From contig OX597825.1 of the NCBI GenBank assembly GCA_951406725.2, forward strand, positions 19,716,001 through 19,780,000: a stretch of 64,000 nucleotides of DNA, in the 5' to 3' direction. Of the stretch, positions 12,900 to 24,199 are shown piece by piece; position 1 is the first letter of the stretch, and every line of letters begins with the position of its first letter. Origin of the DNA: Octopus vulgaris. Taxonomy: Eukaryota. A program made the translations under genes and the position numbers. The notes under the pieces were generated by a model, which made no database searches, was not told the origin of the DNA, and was given only the letters and a program-made list of their open reading frames with translations.

Positions 12900-13778
12900 G
12901 ATCTCCGAAAATGTTTGCGCTTCGTTAGTTATTGTTTTTGTTGTTAAGCAACAAGACGGGCAAGGATGATCAGGTGATGGTCTAGGGCTTAGCGACGGGA
13001 GAACCCTACACTTTGGAAAAAAAAAACTTTGGTCGTCTTGTTGTAGTCGAGGGCTCTTCGTTGACGCCCGACACCCCTGGGAGGTGGCCCTCGAAGTCGC
13101 TGGAAATGGAGATCTCCAGGTCCAAATTCTTGAACGGCTGCGCTTCGGTAATTAGAGTCCGGTATACCAGAATTATAAACTACCTACTGTATCGATTAGG
13201 TTGAATGTGAATCCCAAACGTATCAAAGAACAACAGAAAAAATATAAAGTGTAAATGATACAAAAACAATGTCACATAAACTAATCTCGGTTATATTTAA
13301 ATTTTGCTCTTCTAGTTTATTATGAAATATTCTCTCTTTCAACTATGTACATGGAAGCAAAAATGATGTTTATTCTCAATTTCTTCTCTGAAAATGTTAA
13401 CAAAATATGGCCATAAGCTGAGCTATGTTTATGGTTGTTGAGGTACTAGAGGTATTGTGTTATATTCAAATATTCTTTCAAGATGGCAAAACCTAAATCC
13501 ATCTCATGGACTCATTACTTGTTCAACATAATCTTAACCCGTTACATATTATCTTAGAATACACGTTCTGTTTATTTGTAATTTTGAATCTAATCTTTAC
13601 CATGTGGTAAAGTGCTGCGCAGTTTAGTCTTTGCGACAATTGTCAAACCGAAACAAATAGTAAATTGTCTCCCTTATTTACTGGTAAAATGAAATAGTAT
13701 TAGTCATCAACAAATAGTATTTTTTTAAAAAATATTTCTAGAAGTATATATTATTTAACCCGCTTAATGTAGAGACTA

Positions 13779-14046
13779 GTGGAGGCGCGTGCCTTAGTGG
13801 TTAGGGTGTCAACATCATGATCGTAAGATTGTGGTTTCGATACCTGGACCGGGCGACGCGATGCGTTTTGTTCTTGAGCAAAACACTTCATTTCACGTTG
13901 CTCCAGCCTACTCAACTTGCAAAAATGAGTTACGCTGCGATGGACTGGCGTCCCGTCCATCTAGGGAACACATACGCCACTGAAACCGGGAGACCGGGCC
14001 CATGAGCCTGGCTGTGCTTTAAAAGGGCGCATTTATTTTTTATTAT
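13779..14046 (+). mobile_element. SINE family C (tRNA-headed), full length
   Basis: A-box/B-box-like head (gccttagtggttaggg..ggtttcgatacc), AT-rich tail, TSD ttaatgtagagacta at 13764-13778 and 14047-14061; homologous to 18123-18391 and 55520-55783. Confidence 0.9.
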
Positions 14047-14686
14047 TTAATGTAGAGACTAGGATACCATAAATCAATCAAAAGTGTACTATTAACAGTG
14101 CGTGAGCTGAGCTAGTAATTTCTCTTTTGCTGTTACTATCCTTAGAATGTGGTTTCAATTTTAGGTTGGTGCATTGTAGCCTTGAGCAAGCAAATTCATT
14201 TCAAGTGTTCACAAGCATCCCCATTCAGTGGAATTCAGTAGATGGCAACATTAATCGTTTGAACGCAATGGATACATGGCTAGTCACCGTTGTAATTGTT
14301 CCGTAGCTACCAGAAAGGCTTTTATGTTCTTTTCGAGATTATATCTATATTCTAAAGTTTTGGGATAGCAAATTGTCATCGGAAAAAACTCGAATACACA
14401 TATTTCGGGCCTAGCGCATTTCAGTAATTTAGATGATATAAAGTAAAATTTATTGGTATTCTAAGTATGACATTGAAAAGCTTTTCTCGCCATTCTAAAC
14501 AAGTTGTGCCTAAAACAATATTATTGTTTATAAACTGTTTATATAAGCATACATACTCACATACACACGCACGCGCGCGCAAACGCACACACTCACTCTC
14601 TCACGAACACAAAGACAAACACAGACGTTGATATATATATGTGTGTATGTGTCTGTGTGTGTTTGTGTGTGTGTGTGTGTTTTTGT

Positions 14687-14720
<34 letters not shown>

Positions 14721-14799
14721 ATATATATGTATGTATGTGTACATATGTGTGTATGTATGCATATATACGCACGTATACATACATACACAGATATATATA

Positions 14800-14985
14800 T
14801 TCTTTTATTCTTTTACACGCTTCAGTCATTTGACTACAGCCATGTTGGACCACCGGCTTAAAGAGTTTTAGTTGAAGAAATCGACCCCAGGATTCATCCT
14901 TTGTAAGTCCAGTAATTATTTTATCGTTCTCTTCGCCGAATCGCTAAGTTTCGCGGACATAAACTGACGCACATATGTTGCGATG
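14800..14985 (-). mobile_element. SINE family A, 3' portion
   Basis: Reverse complement of the family A tail (cagtcatttgact..gccatg..tcgaccccagga..gccgaatcgctaagt). Confidence 0.7.
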
Positions 14986-15612
14986 GTATAGGATGTTAGA
15001 AATTGCCAGATTGGTTGTGCTGTTATTTGTTGTAGTATTATTAGATTCATGTTTTAATTCACTACTTTAATTTTTATTTCTCCAGCTGTCTTATCTTATT
15101 GCTTATATATATATTTTAAACACTCCCATAATAACTTTATCCGACTGTTTTCCTTCTACTTTCACTTTCCGGTCTTTTGTTTACTTGAACAAGGACCAAG
15201 TCCACTATACTTCGATCCACTATTAAAATTCTTAACATAAATATACTTACTCTATTTACAGCTCTCTCAATCTTTATAACTTACATTGTCCTACTTCTCT
15301 CTCTATTTTCTTTACTTCACATTATTCTCTATAATTCGTAATCACAGTTTCATATACCTTTCACTCCTTTATTATTACTCTCGTTATCTGATTAACAATA
15401 GCCTATCCATTTCTCTCACTTTTATACTCTCTGTCATCTTCATTTCCAACACCACTACTCATCATTTTCTTTTAACATTTTTCTAAATCTCCTTTTTTCC
15501 TATCTGCAATCAAATTTTATCAATTATCGGTCTTCTGTACATTCTATATATACACATTTTTTTGCGTGTTTATAGCAGAGTTCAAAACTTAGTGCAACCA
15601 GGATGTTCTGTT

Positions 15613-15771
15613 GATCTGAAGAGCTAGTTGACTTCTATATCTTCATTAAATTCTAAATGTACATTAGTACCATGCAATATACATCATGCATATTAGTGCA
15701 TGGAGAATGATTTATTATACACAAAACTAAAAATATTATTACATGATTAAGGCTGCGAAACGGCTGTCATC
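15613..15771 (+). ncRNA. Type I hammerhead-like motif with ~130-nt expanded stem/loop II, in a probable Penelope-type tail (~14990-15950)
   Basis: GAT CTGAAGA GC ...(~130 nt)... GC GAAA CGGCTG TC ATC. Stem I GAT/ATC; loop III is a near-palindrome; pyrimidine-rich upstream region; (TA)n downstream. Confidence 0.5.
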
Positions 15772-15959
15772 TCTCATACTTCCTGACATGAAATGTCAGG
15801 AGGTATGTACACCCTATCAAATGGTTTCGTAATTTGAATCTACCGGACATTAACTGAATTTGATTCTGCTTTACACTAATCTGTACTGGATTAATATGTG
15901 GTACATAGCCGATTCCACCAGAGGACCATTTTTGTTGTTACCATTGGATTCTATATATC

Positions 15960-15973
15960 CATATACATGTATA

Positions 15974-16042
<69 letters not shown>

Positions 16043-16317
16043 CATACAGATAATCCAAATAAGATACACACATAATCATGCATACACACAAACACACACA
16101 CATATATATACACACATATATATATATATATATATAGATATATATATGCACATATGTTGTATTTATAATACACACACACACACACATACACACGCACATA
16201 CACAAACACACAAATACACTCACACAGACACATACATACACACACAGACAAATACACACACACATACATACACACACACCTACATATACACACACACCTA
16301 CATACACACACACACAC

Positions 16318-16356
<39 letters not shown>

Positions 16357-16361
16357 TATAC

Positions 16362-16444
<83 letters not shown>

Positions 16445-16445
16445 A
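15960..16445. repeat. Compound (TA)n/(GA)n/(CA)n microsatellite
   Basis: Directly visible. Confidence 0.95.
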
Positions 16446-17281
16446 GAGTACTATATGGTCTGCAATGATATTTCCTGTCATGCAAAAATAATCATATTGC
16501 TGTTACCCTTCTTTAATACTATCAGCAGCCGAATTGATGGCAGATGTCTCACTATGTTATTGGATTCAACTTGGTGCGTAATTAACGTCACCGAACCTTT
16601 TCAAATTTTCTGCTATTATTATCTTAATGCTATCTTACTTGAGAAGATTCTTCACCAAAATAGATGCCAGTTCTATCATTAATACTTGACAATTCTAGAC
16701 ACCATTTTTTCAGGCGACAATTTATCTTCGATTTCAATTATAAGAAATGTATTTCTTTTCTATAAATATCTTATTTTTTGCTTTCATCTACCCTTCATTA
16801 TATTTCAAATGTGAATAACTGCTCGAATTTTACCTACTTATCATATTGATATGTGCGTAACTGTCTCTCTTATCTAAGTATGTGCACGGTATTATACTTG
16901 TATTTTTAGCAAGTAAAATACCATTGTTAGTAAAACCCAATACATAGCAATAAAAAAAATATTGGGGAAGGTACGCGTATTACATCATACATATCACTGC
17001 ATCTTACTTTTCTTAAGTCCATTAAAATTTCATACATATATCTTTATATATATGTATTTATATATATGTCTTTGATTACAGGTGAAAGCAGATTTTCATT
17101 CGACTACTGCTTAATTCTTTTGGCAAGCGGAAATACGACAGATATCGCATCAAATGAGTTCACTCATTGCTGCTTTCTTACGGGTTGAACAATAGCTTCT
17201 AAGAAGACGAAAGTAGGAGAGAAGTGTATTTAGTGTCTCTCTGTCTCCCTCTCTCTTCATATCCCTTTCTTTCTCTCTCTC

Positions 17282-17345
<64 letters not shown>

Positions 17346-18122
17346 GTTTGGAGATGATGTACATGTATTTTGACTCTTTCTATAGTATTATTGAGTGTGT
17401 AGCGGTGGGGAGAGATATAAGAAAGTACAAGAAAGTGAGAGAGAGCGCGCGTGTGTGTATGTGTGTTTGTGTGTGATTTTGTATCTGAAAGATGTGTTAA
17501 AGAAAAAGAAGGAAAGGAAGAAGAAGGAGAGAAAGAAAAATGAAAGAGAGAGAGAGAGAGAGAGAGAGCAAGTTCACTGCATTTGAGAAACGGAATGGTT
17601 ATGGTGTGGATATATTTGATCAAATGTCTGCTCGATCAGATTTGGCCAACAACTGTAGAAACAACGGCACCAGCAGCGAGAACCATAATATAAGTAACGC
17701 CCTACTCAGACAATCAATCGAAATGTGTTTGTCATATATAAAACAGTGGTTATTGTTTGCTCGTTTATTGGACTGTAACAATCTTTTGCTACGTTACAAT
17801 TTGATGGAGACAATCATTAAGTGATAAGAGAACTGCAATAAAAATCGATACACATGTGGCCAGTGCCACATCTAAATACCAATAGGTTGTATTTGTCATT
17901 ATCGGTAATATGTATAATTAAACAAAACACAGGAGCCAGGAAAGTGCGAGGTCGGAATGCAGTCAATAGATCAGAAAGAATATGCAGCTATATCTCTGAG
18001 TATTCGTAGTTATATGGAATAACACGAATGATAATAAAGATCAATTGATCATGATTGTAATATCTTTGATCATAGCTCTCTTTCAATAGGAAATTGCAAG
18101 GAGTTAAACAACTTACAAACTA

Positions 18123-18391
18123 GAATTTAAAAAATAAAATAAATGCACCTTTTTAAAACCTAGCCAAGATCATGGGCCCGGTTTCCCGGTTTCAATGGCG
18201 TATGTGTTCCCCAACTGGACGGGACGCCAGTTCATCGAAGCGTTACTCATTTTTGCCATCTGAGTGGACCGGAGCAACGTGAAATGAAGAGTTTTGCTCA
18301 AGAACACAACGCGTCGCACCGTCGAGGAATCGAAACCACAATCTTACGATCATGGTGCTGACACCCTGACCACTAGGCCAGGCGCCTCCAC
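18123..18391 (-). mobile_element. SINE family C, full length
   Basis: Reverse complement of 13779-14046; TSD tacaaacta at 18114-18122 and 18392-18400. Confidence 0.9.
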
Positions 18392-18750
18392 TACAAACTA
18401 CATAGGTTATGAAATTTAGCTACACCACTAAATGGCTCCATTTTCGATTCCATCGTACAACAGTTTGGGTAAGTATCATATAACAAGGCTTAGTGTGAAT
18501 CAAGCTTTGTGAGTGTCAATCTGACGGTAACTGTCAGAGTGAGCATTTTTGTTCTTTGATTAAACTTATCATCATGTTTAAGACATCTGCCTATTATTTT
18601 CCTGTGGTTAGTGGAGCTCACTCCATTACAGCCATTTGAGCGAAGTCTCAGTTTTCAGCAGGTGAAAGGACAAATCCCTCTCTTCATCCCAATTCTAGAG
18701 GCTGTGACATGGGACAAAATGCTGTATTTTCTCTTCTGATTCTTGTATGA

Positions 18751-18818
<68 letters not shown>

Positions 18819-18958
18819 CATGAATATATATATATATAAATTTAAAATTGAGGATAAAATCTTTATAAGAAATTATCAGTAGTTAGCGTGAAAAACCTCG
18901 TAAGAGAAAAATCCGTAAATTTTTCCACTTTGAAAATATTTATTTATATTATATAGAG

Positions 18959-19133
18959 GGTACTACTATTCATAGATACCGCACGCTAGAGGGACCCTTG
19001 CGGTCAAAACTACTAAAATAAACAAAATAAACAATATTGTACCGAAATTGTTTATTCGGTACAATTTTGTTTATTTTAGTAGTTTTGACCGCAAGGGTCC
19101 CTCCTAGCGTTCGGTATCTATGAATAGTAGTAC

Positions 19134-19134
<1 letters not shown>
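18959..19134. repeat. Near-perfect fold-back inverted repeat (~176 bp) between microsatellites
   Basis: ggtactactattcatagatacc..gggacccttgcggtcaaaactactaaaataaacaaaat is mirrored with about two differences; short asymmetric centre. Confidence 0.9.
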
Positions 19135-19203
<69 letters not shown>

Positions 19204-19339
19204 ATACGAGTAACAAATGTAAATGTTGACAAATTCATAAATGCAGAAGTTTTGATGCAATATTGTTTTATTGTTGTAGTAACATATCTAAAAGAAAATA
19301 CGTAGCAATTATAGAATTTCAGTGTTTGATATGCATAAG

Positions 19340-19555
19340 ACGGCGAGATGGTAGAATCAATACTGTACCGGAAGAATATGCAACAGCATTTCTTTCGGCT
19401 CTTTACTTTCTGAGTTTAAATTACGCTGAGGTCGAAATTACCTTTCCATTTGTGAGGATTGATAAAAGAAGTAACAATTGACCGATGGACTGGATGTAAT
19501 TGACTTACCCCCTACCTCACACCTCTGGTCTTGGGCCCAAATTAGAAAAAAATAT
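19340..19555 (+). mobile_element. SINE family B, old degenerate copy
   Basis: ggcgagatggtagaatc..ttctgagtttaaattacgctgaggtcgaaattacctttccat..gatgtaattgactta. Confidence 0.6.
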
Positions 19556-19759
19556 TTCGAATACGCACATTTTCATATTGGCGGAAATTATGATGGGGAG
19601 ATATTCAAGATTGTCAAGGAAACTAAAAATATTCACAACGTGTATCATAAAACTCTGTAACAACATTTATTTTACTCTTTGGACAGTAAGTGTTATTTCT
19701 TATTTGCTTCTATCTGGAAATCAAAGGAGATGACAATCACTCCCTTCAAATTCTACTTT

Positions 19760-20041
19760 TGTAACCTGAACTTGTTTTGAAACTGACTCGTTTTCCATTA
19801 CATTTTAGACAGATCCTGAAGCAGATTATTCTAGATCTTTCTAGAAGTTTCTAAAGCTTTCAAGAATTTCTAGAACTTTCTGGCAACATAGATGGCAGTA
19901 TGAATACAGGGGTCGTATGTTTAACAGTTTAGCTGCTCAAGAGGAGACAAGTTTGAGGAGAGCAAATTTGAAGTAAATATTAGCCATTTTTCATACTCTA
20001 TAAGCGAAGGCAATTATTATATCCTAAATTAGGAAATAACA
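19760..20041 (+). mobile_element. Possible solo LTR (~280 bp)
   Basis: TGTAAC...ATAACA termini, repeated ttctagaa motifs, TATA-like tatgaata, agtaaa signal; 4-bp flanks cttt/gttt are an imperfect TSD. Confidence 0.35.
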
Positions 20042-21341
20042 GTTTCTACTCAGGGACAAAAATTGTGTTAAACAGTATGATATATTCTTATTGATTTTAT
20101 CTGACTGAACTATTGGAACATTCCATAAACGAGTCATAATATTTGATATTAACGTAGATAGAATAAAATTATTCATTATGGGCATAGTGAAAACGTAGAG
20201 CATACAGGAGAAGCAAGGGAAAATAGGGAAATTGTTAGGGATAAAATTATGTGGAAAATCTGGTTCCCTTTAAAATAGAAGAGAAACGCAACAGACAGAT
20301 ATGATAAAGAAAAGAAAGTGTCTCTTTTATGAGACTGGAAGTATAAAAAAATTTATATAGAGAAGAAATTATAATAAAAACTTAATAGAAGCAGAACTGT
20401 TTGGGAATGTCCGCAGGTGTATAGAAAGAACAGAGTGAAAAGGTTTATTTGTACAGATTTACGTACAATTAGAATTCCTGCATTGGAAATCATGAACGAT
20501 ATCTGATAGACGAAATGAGAAAAGAGATAAGACAATTCGTGCGGGGGAACGTTGGAGTGGAGATAAATATATATGAAAGAAAGCTATGATGGCAAGATAA
20601 ATGTTACAAATGAAATTTTGTAAATCAAATTAAAACAATATAGAAATAAGTTCTGATTAAATAAAGTCTAGCATAATCTATTTCTCTGTTTAGGAGTATA
20701 TTTACGTAAATGAGAATATTTCGATGTGTTAGCTACTAATATTGCGTCTAGACAATAAAGATGTATTCAATAGATGTTTTTACTTTCGGTGACATTGCTT
20801 TATAAACACAGCTGCTTTCACTCGTACATTACCTACCATAAGTTGTTAATGAATTTATTATACATACACCGAAGTCTCTTCAATTATGTATCTGTATTAA
20901 TGTCTATATGTTCTAACTGTGGCTATATATATACTTATATCTACAATTATATGTCTATCGCGATATCTTCTATTATCTTTTATCTTTTACATGTTTCGGT
21001 GATTAGACTACGACCACGCTGTGGCGCTACGTTCAAGAATGTTTAACCGAATGAATTGAACCCAGTAATTAATTTTGTTAAGCATGGTACATATTCTATC
21101 GGTAACATATGCCGAACCGCAATAATGTAGGTACCTTCCCTTTCACACTTTTCAAAGAATGCGTTTTCAGCCACCACCAACCATCTTTCGCCTGCATCTT
21201 GCAGTTGGTTGCTCATCAGTTGTCTTCATTCTAACGAGATTTTCGTTCGTGGGAAAAATATCGCAGCCGAGCCCACCCAGCTGTAACCTGTAGATGTCCT
21301 CTTGTATACATATGTATGTATGTATATAAATAAATAAATAA

Positions 21342-21427
<86 letters not shown>

Positions 21428-21438
21428 ATATACACAGA

Positions 21439-21966
21439 ATGAACACAATCCTCCAAACACACACGATCATAAAAAGCAAAAGACAGCCTAGATCCATGAA
21501 AAGTCTCCTTACACAAGCCCGAATTCACTCTTCAACACAGAAGCCGACAGTAAAAAAATGTGGAAGACCCAATTGCGGGATATGCGACTATCTAATTGAG
21601 GGCTCAGAGTTCTCCTTCAAACAGGGACAACGGTTTACAGTGAAAAGCAACTTTACATGTGCTTCGGAGAACTTAATATACTCACTAACCTGCTCCGGGT
21701 GTCAAGAGCAGTACATAGGCCAAACAAAAAATGGTTTGCGTAAACGAATGGCCCTGCACAGATCCCAGATAAAAATTCCCCAAAACAGAAAAATAGCTTT
21801 TAGCCAACACATAGATACTTGCGCCAACAAAAAAACACCAAACTTCAGAATTTTCCCCCTCTACCAATTTAGGGACGATACAACCTCGAGACAACGAATA
21901 AGTAAAGAAAATCTCTTTATTACAAAATACAAGCCACTTCTTAACGGGTCTACGACAAACAATTAA
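21439..21966 (+). CDS. GIY-YIG endonuclease domain of a Penelope-like element (175 aa; RT absent)
   Basis: KRQPRSMKSLL linker, CGRPNCGIC Cys motif, NLIY..CSGC..YIGQT..LRKRMALHR, FSQH, and C-terminal KENLFITKYKPLLN (Glu and Asn); no internal stops. Confidence 0.85.
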   Translation: MNTILQTHTIIKSKRQPRSMKSLLTQARIHSSTQKPTVKKCGRPNCGICDYLIEGSEFSFKQGQRFTVKSNFTCASENLIYSLTCSGCQEQYIGQTKNGLRKRMALHRSQIKIPQNRKIAFSQHIDTCANKKTPNFRIFPLYQFRDDTTSRQRISKENLFITKYKPLLNGSTTNN

Positions 21967-22089
21967 TATACCTCAACTTTAGAATAAAAGAAAAAAATAT
22001 ATATATACACACACAAATATTACACTCCATAGAATCCATTACTAATCAGCCCCTTCATAGCTAAACTTACACCCATTCATATTCTCCCT

Positions 22090-22325
22090 TCTCTGTTTTT
22101 TTCTTCTTCTTCTTCTTCCTCTTCTTCTTCATCACCATCATTATCATCATCATCGTCGTCATCATCATCACCACCATCATCACCACCATCTTCTCCTTCT
22201 CCTCCTTCTTCTTCTTCTTCTTCATCATCATCATTATCATCATCATCGTCGTCATAATCATCACCACCATCACCATCATCGTCATCTTCTCCTTCTCCTT
22301 CTTCTTCTTCTTCCTCTTCTACTTC
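22090..22325. repeat. (TTC)n/(ATC)n/(ACC)n trinucleotide block, internally duplicated
   Basis: Directly visible; lies inside the PLE 3' region. Confidence 0.9.
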
Positions 22326-22679
22326 TCCACCCCTACCCCTTAACTTTGTCACTAATGTTTTTTAGTATAACACCTACGCTAATTCTATAAACAAGCCTGT
22401 CAATATAAATATTCTCCTGAATTGAACTGAGACTGCCAGCCGCCACTGACCATTCAAAATACGACCATCAGGGCACTCCCAGATTCTCCCACCCCCTTTC
22501 CTCACCAGCCTTCTTCCTCTACTACCCGACCAAGAACTCACAACGACCTTCAACACACAAGTGCAAACAAGGGAGTCAGAGAAAGGCAGAATGCCACTTA
22601 AATCTGAACACTACTATAGAAATATTCTTTTAAAACAACTTTTCTTCTAATTTTTCTAAATTTAATTATTTAATCGTTA

Positions 22680-22717
22680 CAGTTGAAAAGGTCTCAAAAT
22701 GACCGAAACCGGTACTG
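22680..22717 (+). ncRNA. Minimal type I hammerhead motif (core variant) of the Penelope-like element
   Basis: CAG TTGAAAA GGTC tcaaaat GACC GAAA CCGG TA CTG. Stems I and II pair, palindromic CCGG loop III, GUA triplet; core TTGAAAA instead of CTGANGA. Confidence 0.65.
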
Positions 22718-22766
22718 AAATGTTCACTATAAAATTATTTTAGCATTTTCTATTTTTGACTTGTTT

Positions 22767-22818
<52 letters not shown>

Positions 22819-22823
22819 ATGTA

Positions 22824-22852
<29 letters not shown>

Positions 22853-22854
<2 letters not shown>

Positions 22855-22984
22855 TTATTATATAGAAGGAGCTTCTACAGGACTAGTACTGTTTCATTCA
22901 AGAGAAATCTTCAGGAAGCTTCCTGAAGATTTCTCTTGAATGAAACAGTACTAGTCCTGTAGAAGCTCCTTCTATATAATAAAT
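22853..22984. repeat. Perfect 132-bp palindrome (centre 22918/22919)
   Basis: atttattatatagaaggagc...tcaggaag|cttcctga...gctccttctatataataaat; the arms are exact reverse complements. Confidence 0.97.
22917..22967 (+). ncRNA. Type I hammerhead ribozyme with intact core (mirror copy on - strand at 22870-22920)
   Basis: AGCTTC CTGAAGA tTTC tctt GAAt GAAA CAG tactagtc CTG TA GAAGCT. 6-bp stem I, stem III CAG/CTG, palindromic ACTAGT in loop III, GUA cleavage after 22961. Confidence 0.8.
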
Positions 22985-23050
22985 TAATTTTACTCTGCTA
23001 TGTATTGAGTACCTTACTTACTGTGGTGAACCCCGAATCAACCCGAGACC

Positions 23051-23113
<63 letters not shown>

Positions 23114-23140
23114 ATGTATATATGTATATATATATATATA

Positions 23141-23301
23141 GGCGCAGAAGTGGCTGTGTGGCAAGTAGCTTGCTTACCAAACACATGATTCCGGCTTCAG
23201 TCCCACTGTGGCACCTCGGGCAAGTGGCTTCTACTGTAACCTTGGATCGAGCAAAGCCTTGTGAGGGGATCTGGAGGAGGGAAACTGAAAGAAGCTAGTC
23301 G

Positions 23302-23336
<35 letters not shown>

Positions 23337-23567
23337 ATGTGTGTGTGTATATGTGTAAACGCTTGTGTGTCTGTGTTTTCCCCACCACCAGCATTGCTTG
23401 ACAACCGATGCTGGTGTATTTACCTCCCTGTAACTTAACGGTTCGGCCAAATAAGCCGATAGAATAAGTACTAGGCTTACAAAGAATACGTTCTGGGGTC
23501 AATTTGTACGACTAAAGGCGGTGCTCCAGCATGGCCGCAGTAAACTGACTGAAACAAGTAAAAGAAT
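23141..23567 (+). mobile_element. SINE family A (tRNA-like head, CORE-like segment, internal microsatellite), full length
   Basis: ggcgcagaagtggctgtgtggcaag..gcacctcgggcaagt..(TA/TG)n..gactaaaggcggtgctccagcatggccgcag..gaaacaagtaaaag. Confidence 0.9.
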
Positions 23568-23792
23568 ATATATATGTATGTATGTACACGCACACACAGG
23601 GTATCAACAACGCAATTAAGGAAACTGAAAAAAATTATTAAAATTACAATGAAAGCTTGATACTGTTGATATATTTACGTAATATGAAGTGAATAGAGAA
23701 GTTCATATAAAACAGCTAATACATTTCTATTTGGACCCCATTCGTTGCATGAAGGACGTCTGTATTCAATTTCTGTCCGTTTCTTTCTTAAC

Positions 23793-24183
23793 GTGGAATC
23801 GAAGCACTCCGTCGGTTACGACGACGAGGGTTCCGGTTGATCCGAATCAACGGAACAGCCTGCTCGTGAAATTAACGTGTAAGTGGCTGAGCACTCCACA
23901 GACACGTGTACCCTTAACGTAGTTCTCGGGGATATTCAGCGTGACACAGAGAGTGACAAGGCCGGCCCTTTGAAATACAGGTACAACAGAAACAGGAAGT
24001 AAGAGTGAGAGAAAGTTGTGGTGAAAGAGTACAGCAGGGATCACCACCATCCCTGTCGGAGCCTCGTGGAGCTTTAGGTGTTTTCGCTCAATAAACACTC
24101 ACAACGCCCGGTCTGGGAATCGAAACCGCGATCCTACGACCGCGAGTCCGCTGCCCTAACCACAGGGCCATTGCGTCTCCATT
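23793..24183 (-). mobile_element. SINE family D (tRNA-headed), nested in the mariner relic
   Basis: About 14 differences from 36296-36680 by eye; TSD tttcttaac at 23784-23792 and 24184-24192. Confidence 0.92.
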
Positions 24184-24199
24184 TTTCTTAACATACTTT

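Larger units (their letters stand above)
21435..22770 (+). mobile_element. 5'-truncated Penelope-like retroelement (Neptune-like) inserted in (TA)/(TG) microsatellite
   Basis: GIY-YIG ORF, long 3' region with HHR-like motif at 22680-22717, T-rich end joined to (AT)n; microsatellites on both sides. Confidence 0.8.

Noticed and set aside
21175-21224. Minus-strand CTGATGA-GC..GC-GAAA hammerhead-like boxes
   Set aside because: No NUH triplet in register with a stem I, and the adjacent sequence resembles the MITE end at 45.1 kb; probably chance or too decayed to call.
22077-22352. Poly-Asp/Glu acidic ORF on the minus strand
   Set aside because: It is a trinucleotide repeat block within the PLE 3' region, with no non-repetitive coding context.
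23847-24098. Same peptide (MVVIPAVLFHHNF...) in ORFs here and at 36430-36633
   Set aside because: Both lie within copies of SINE family D; the identity reflects the repeat, not a gene.
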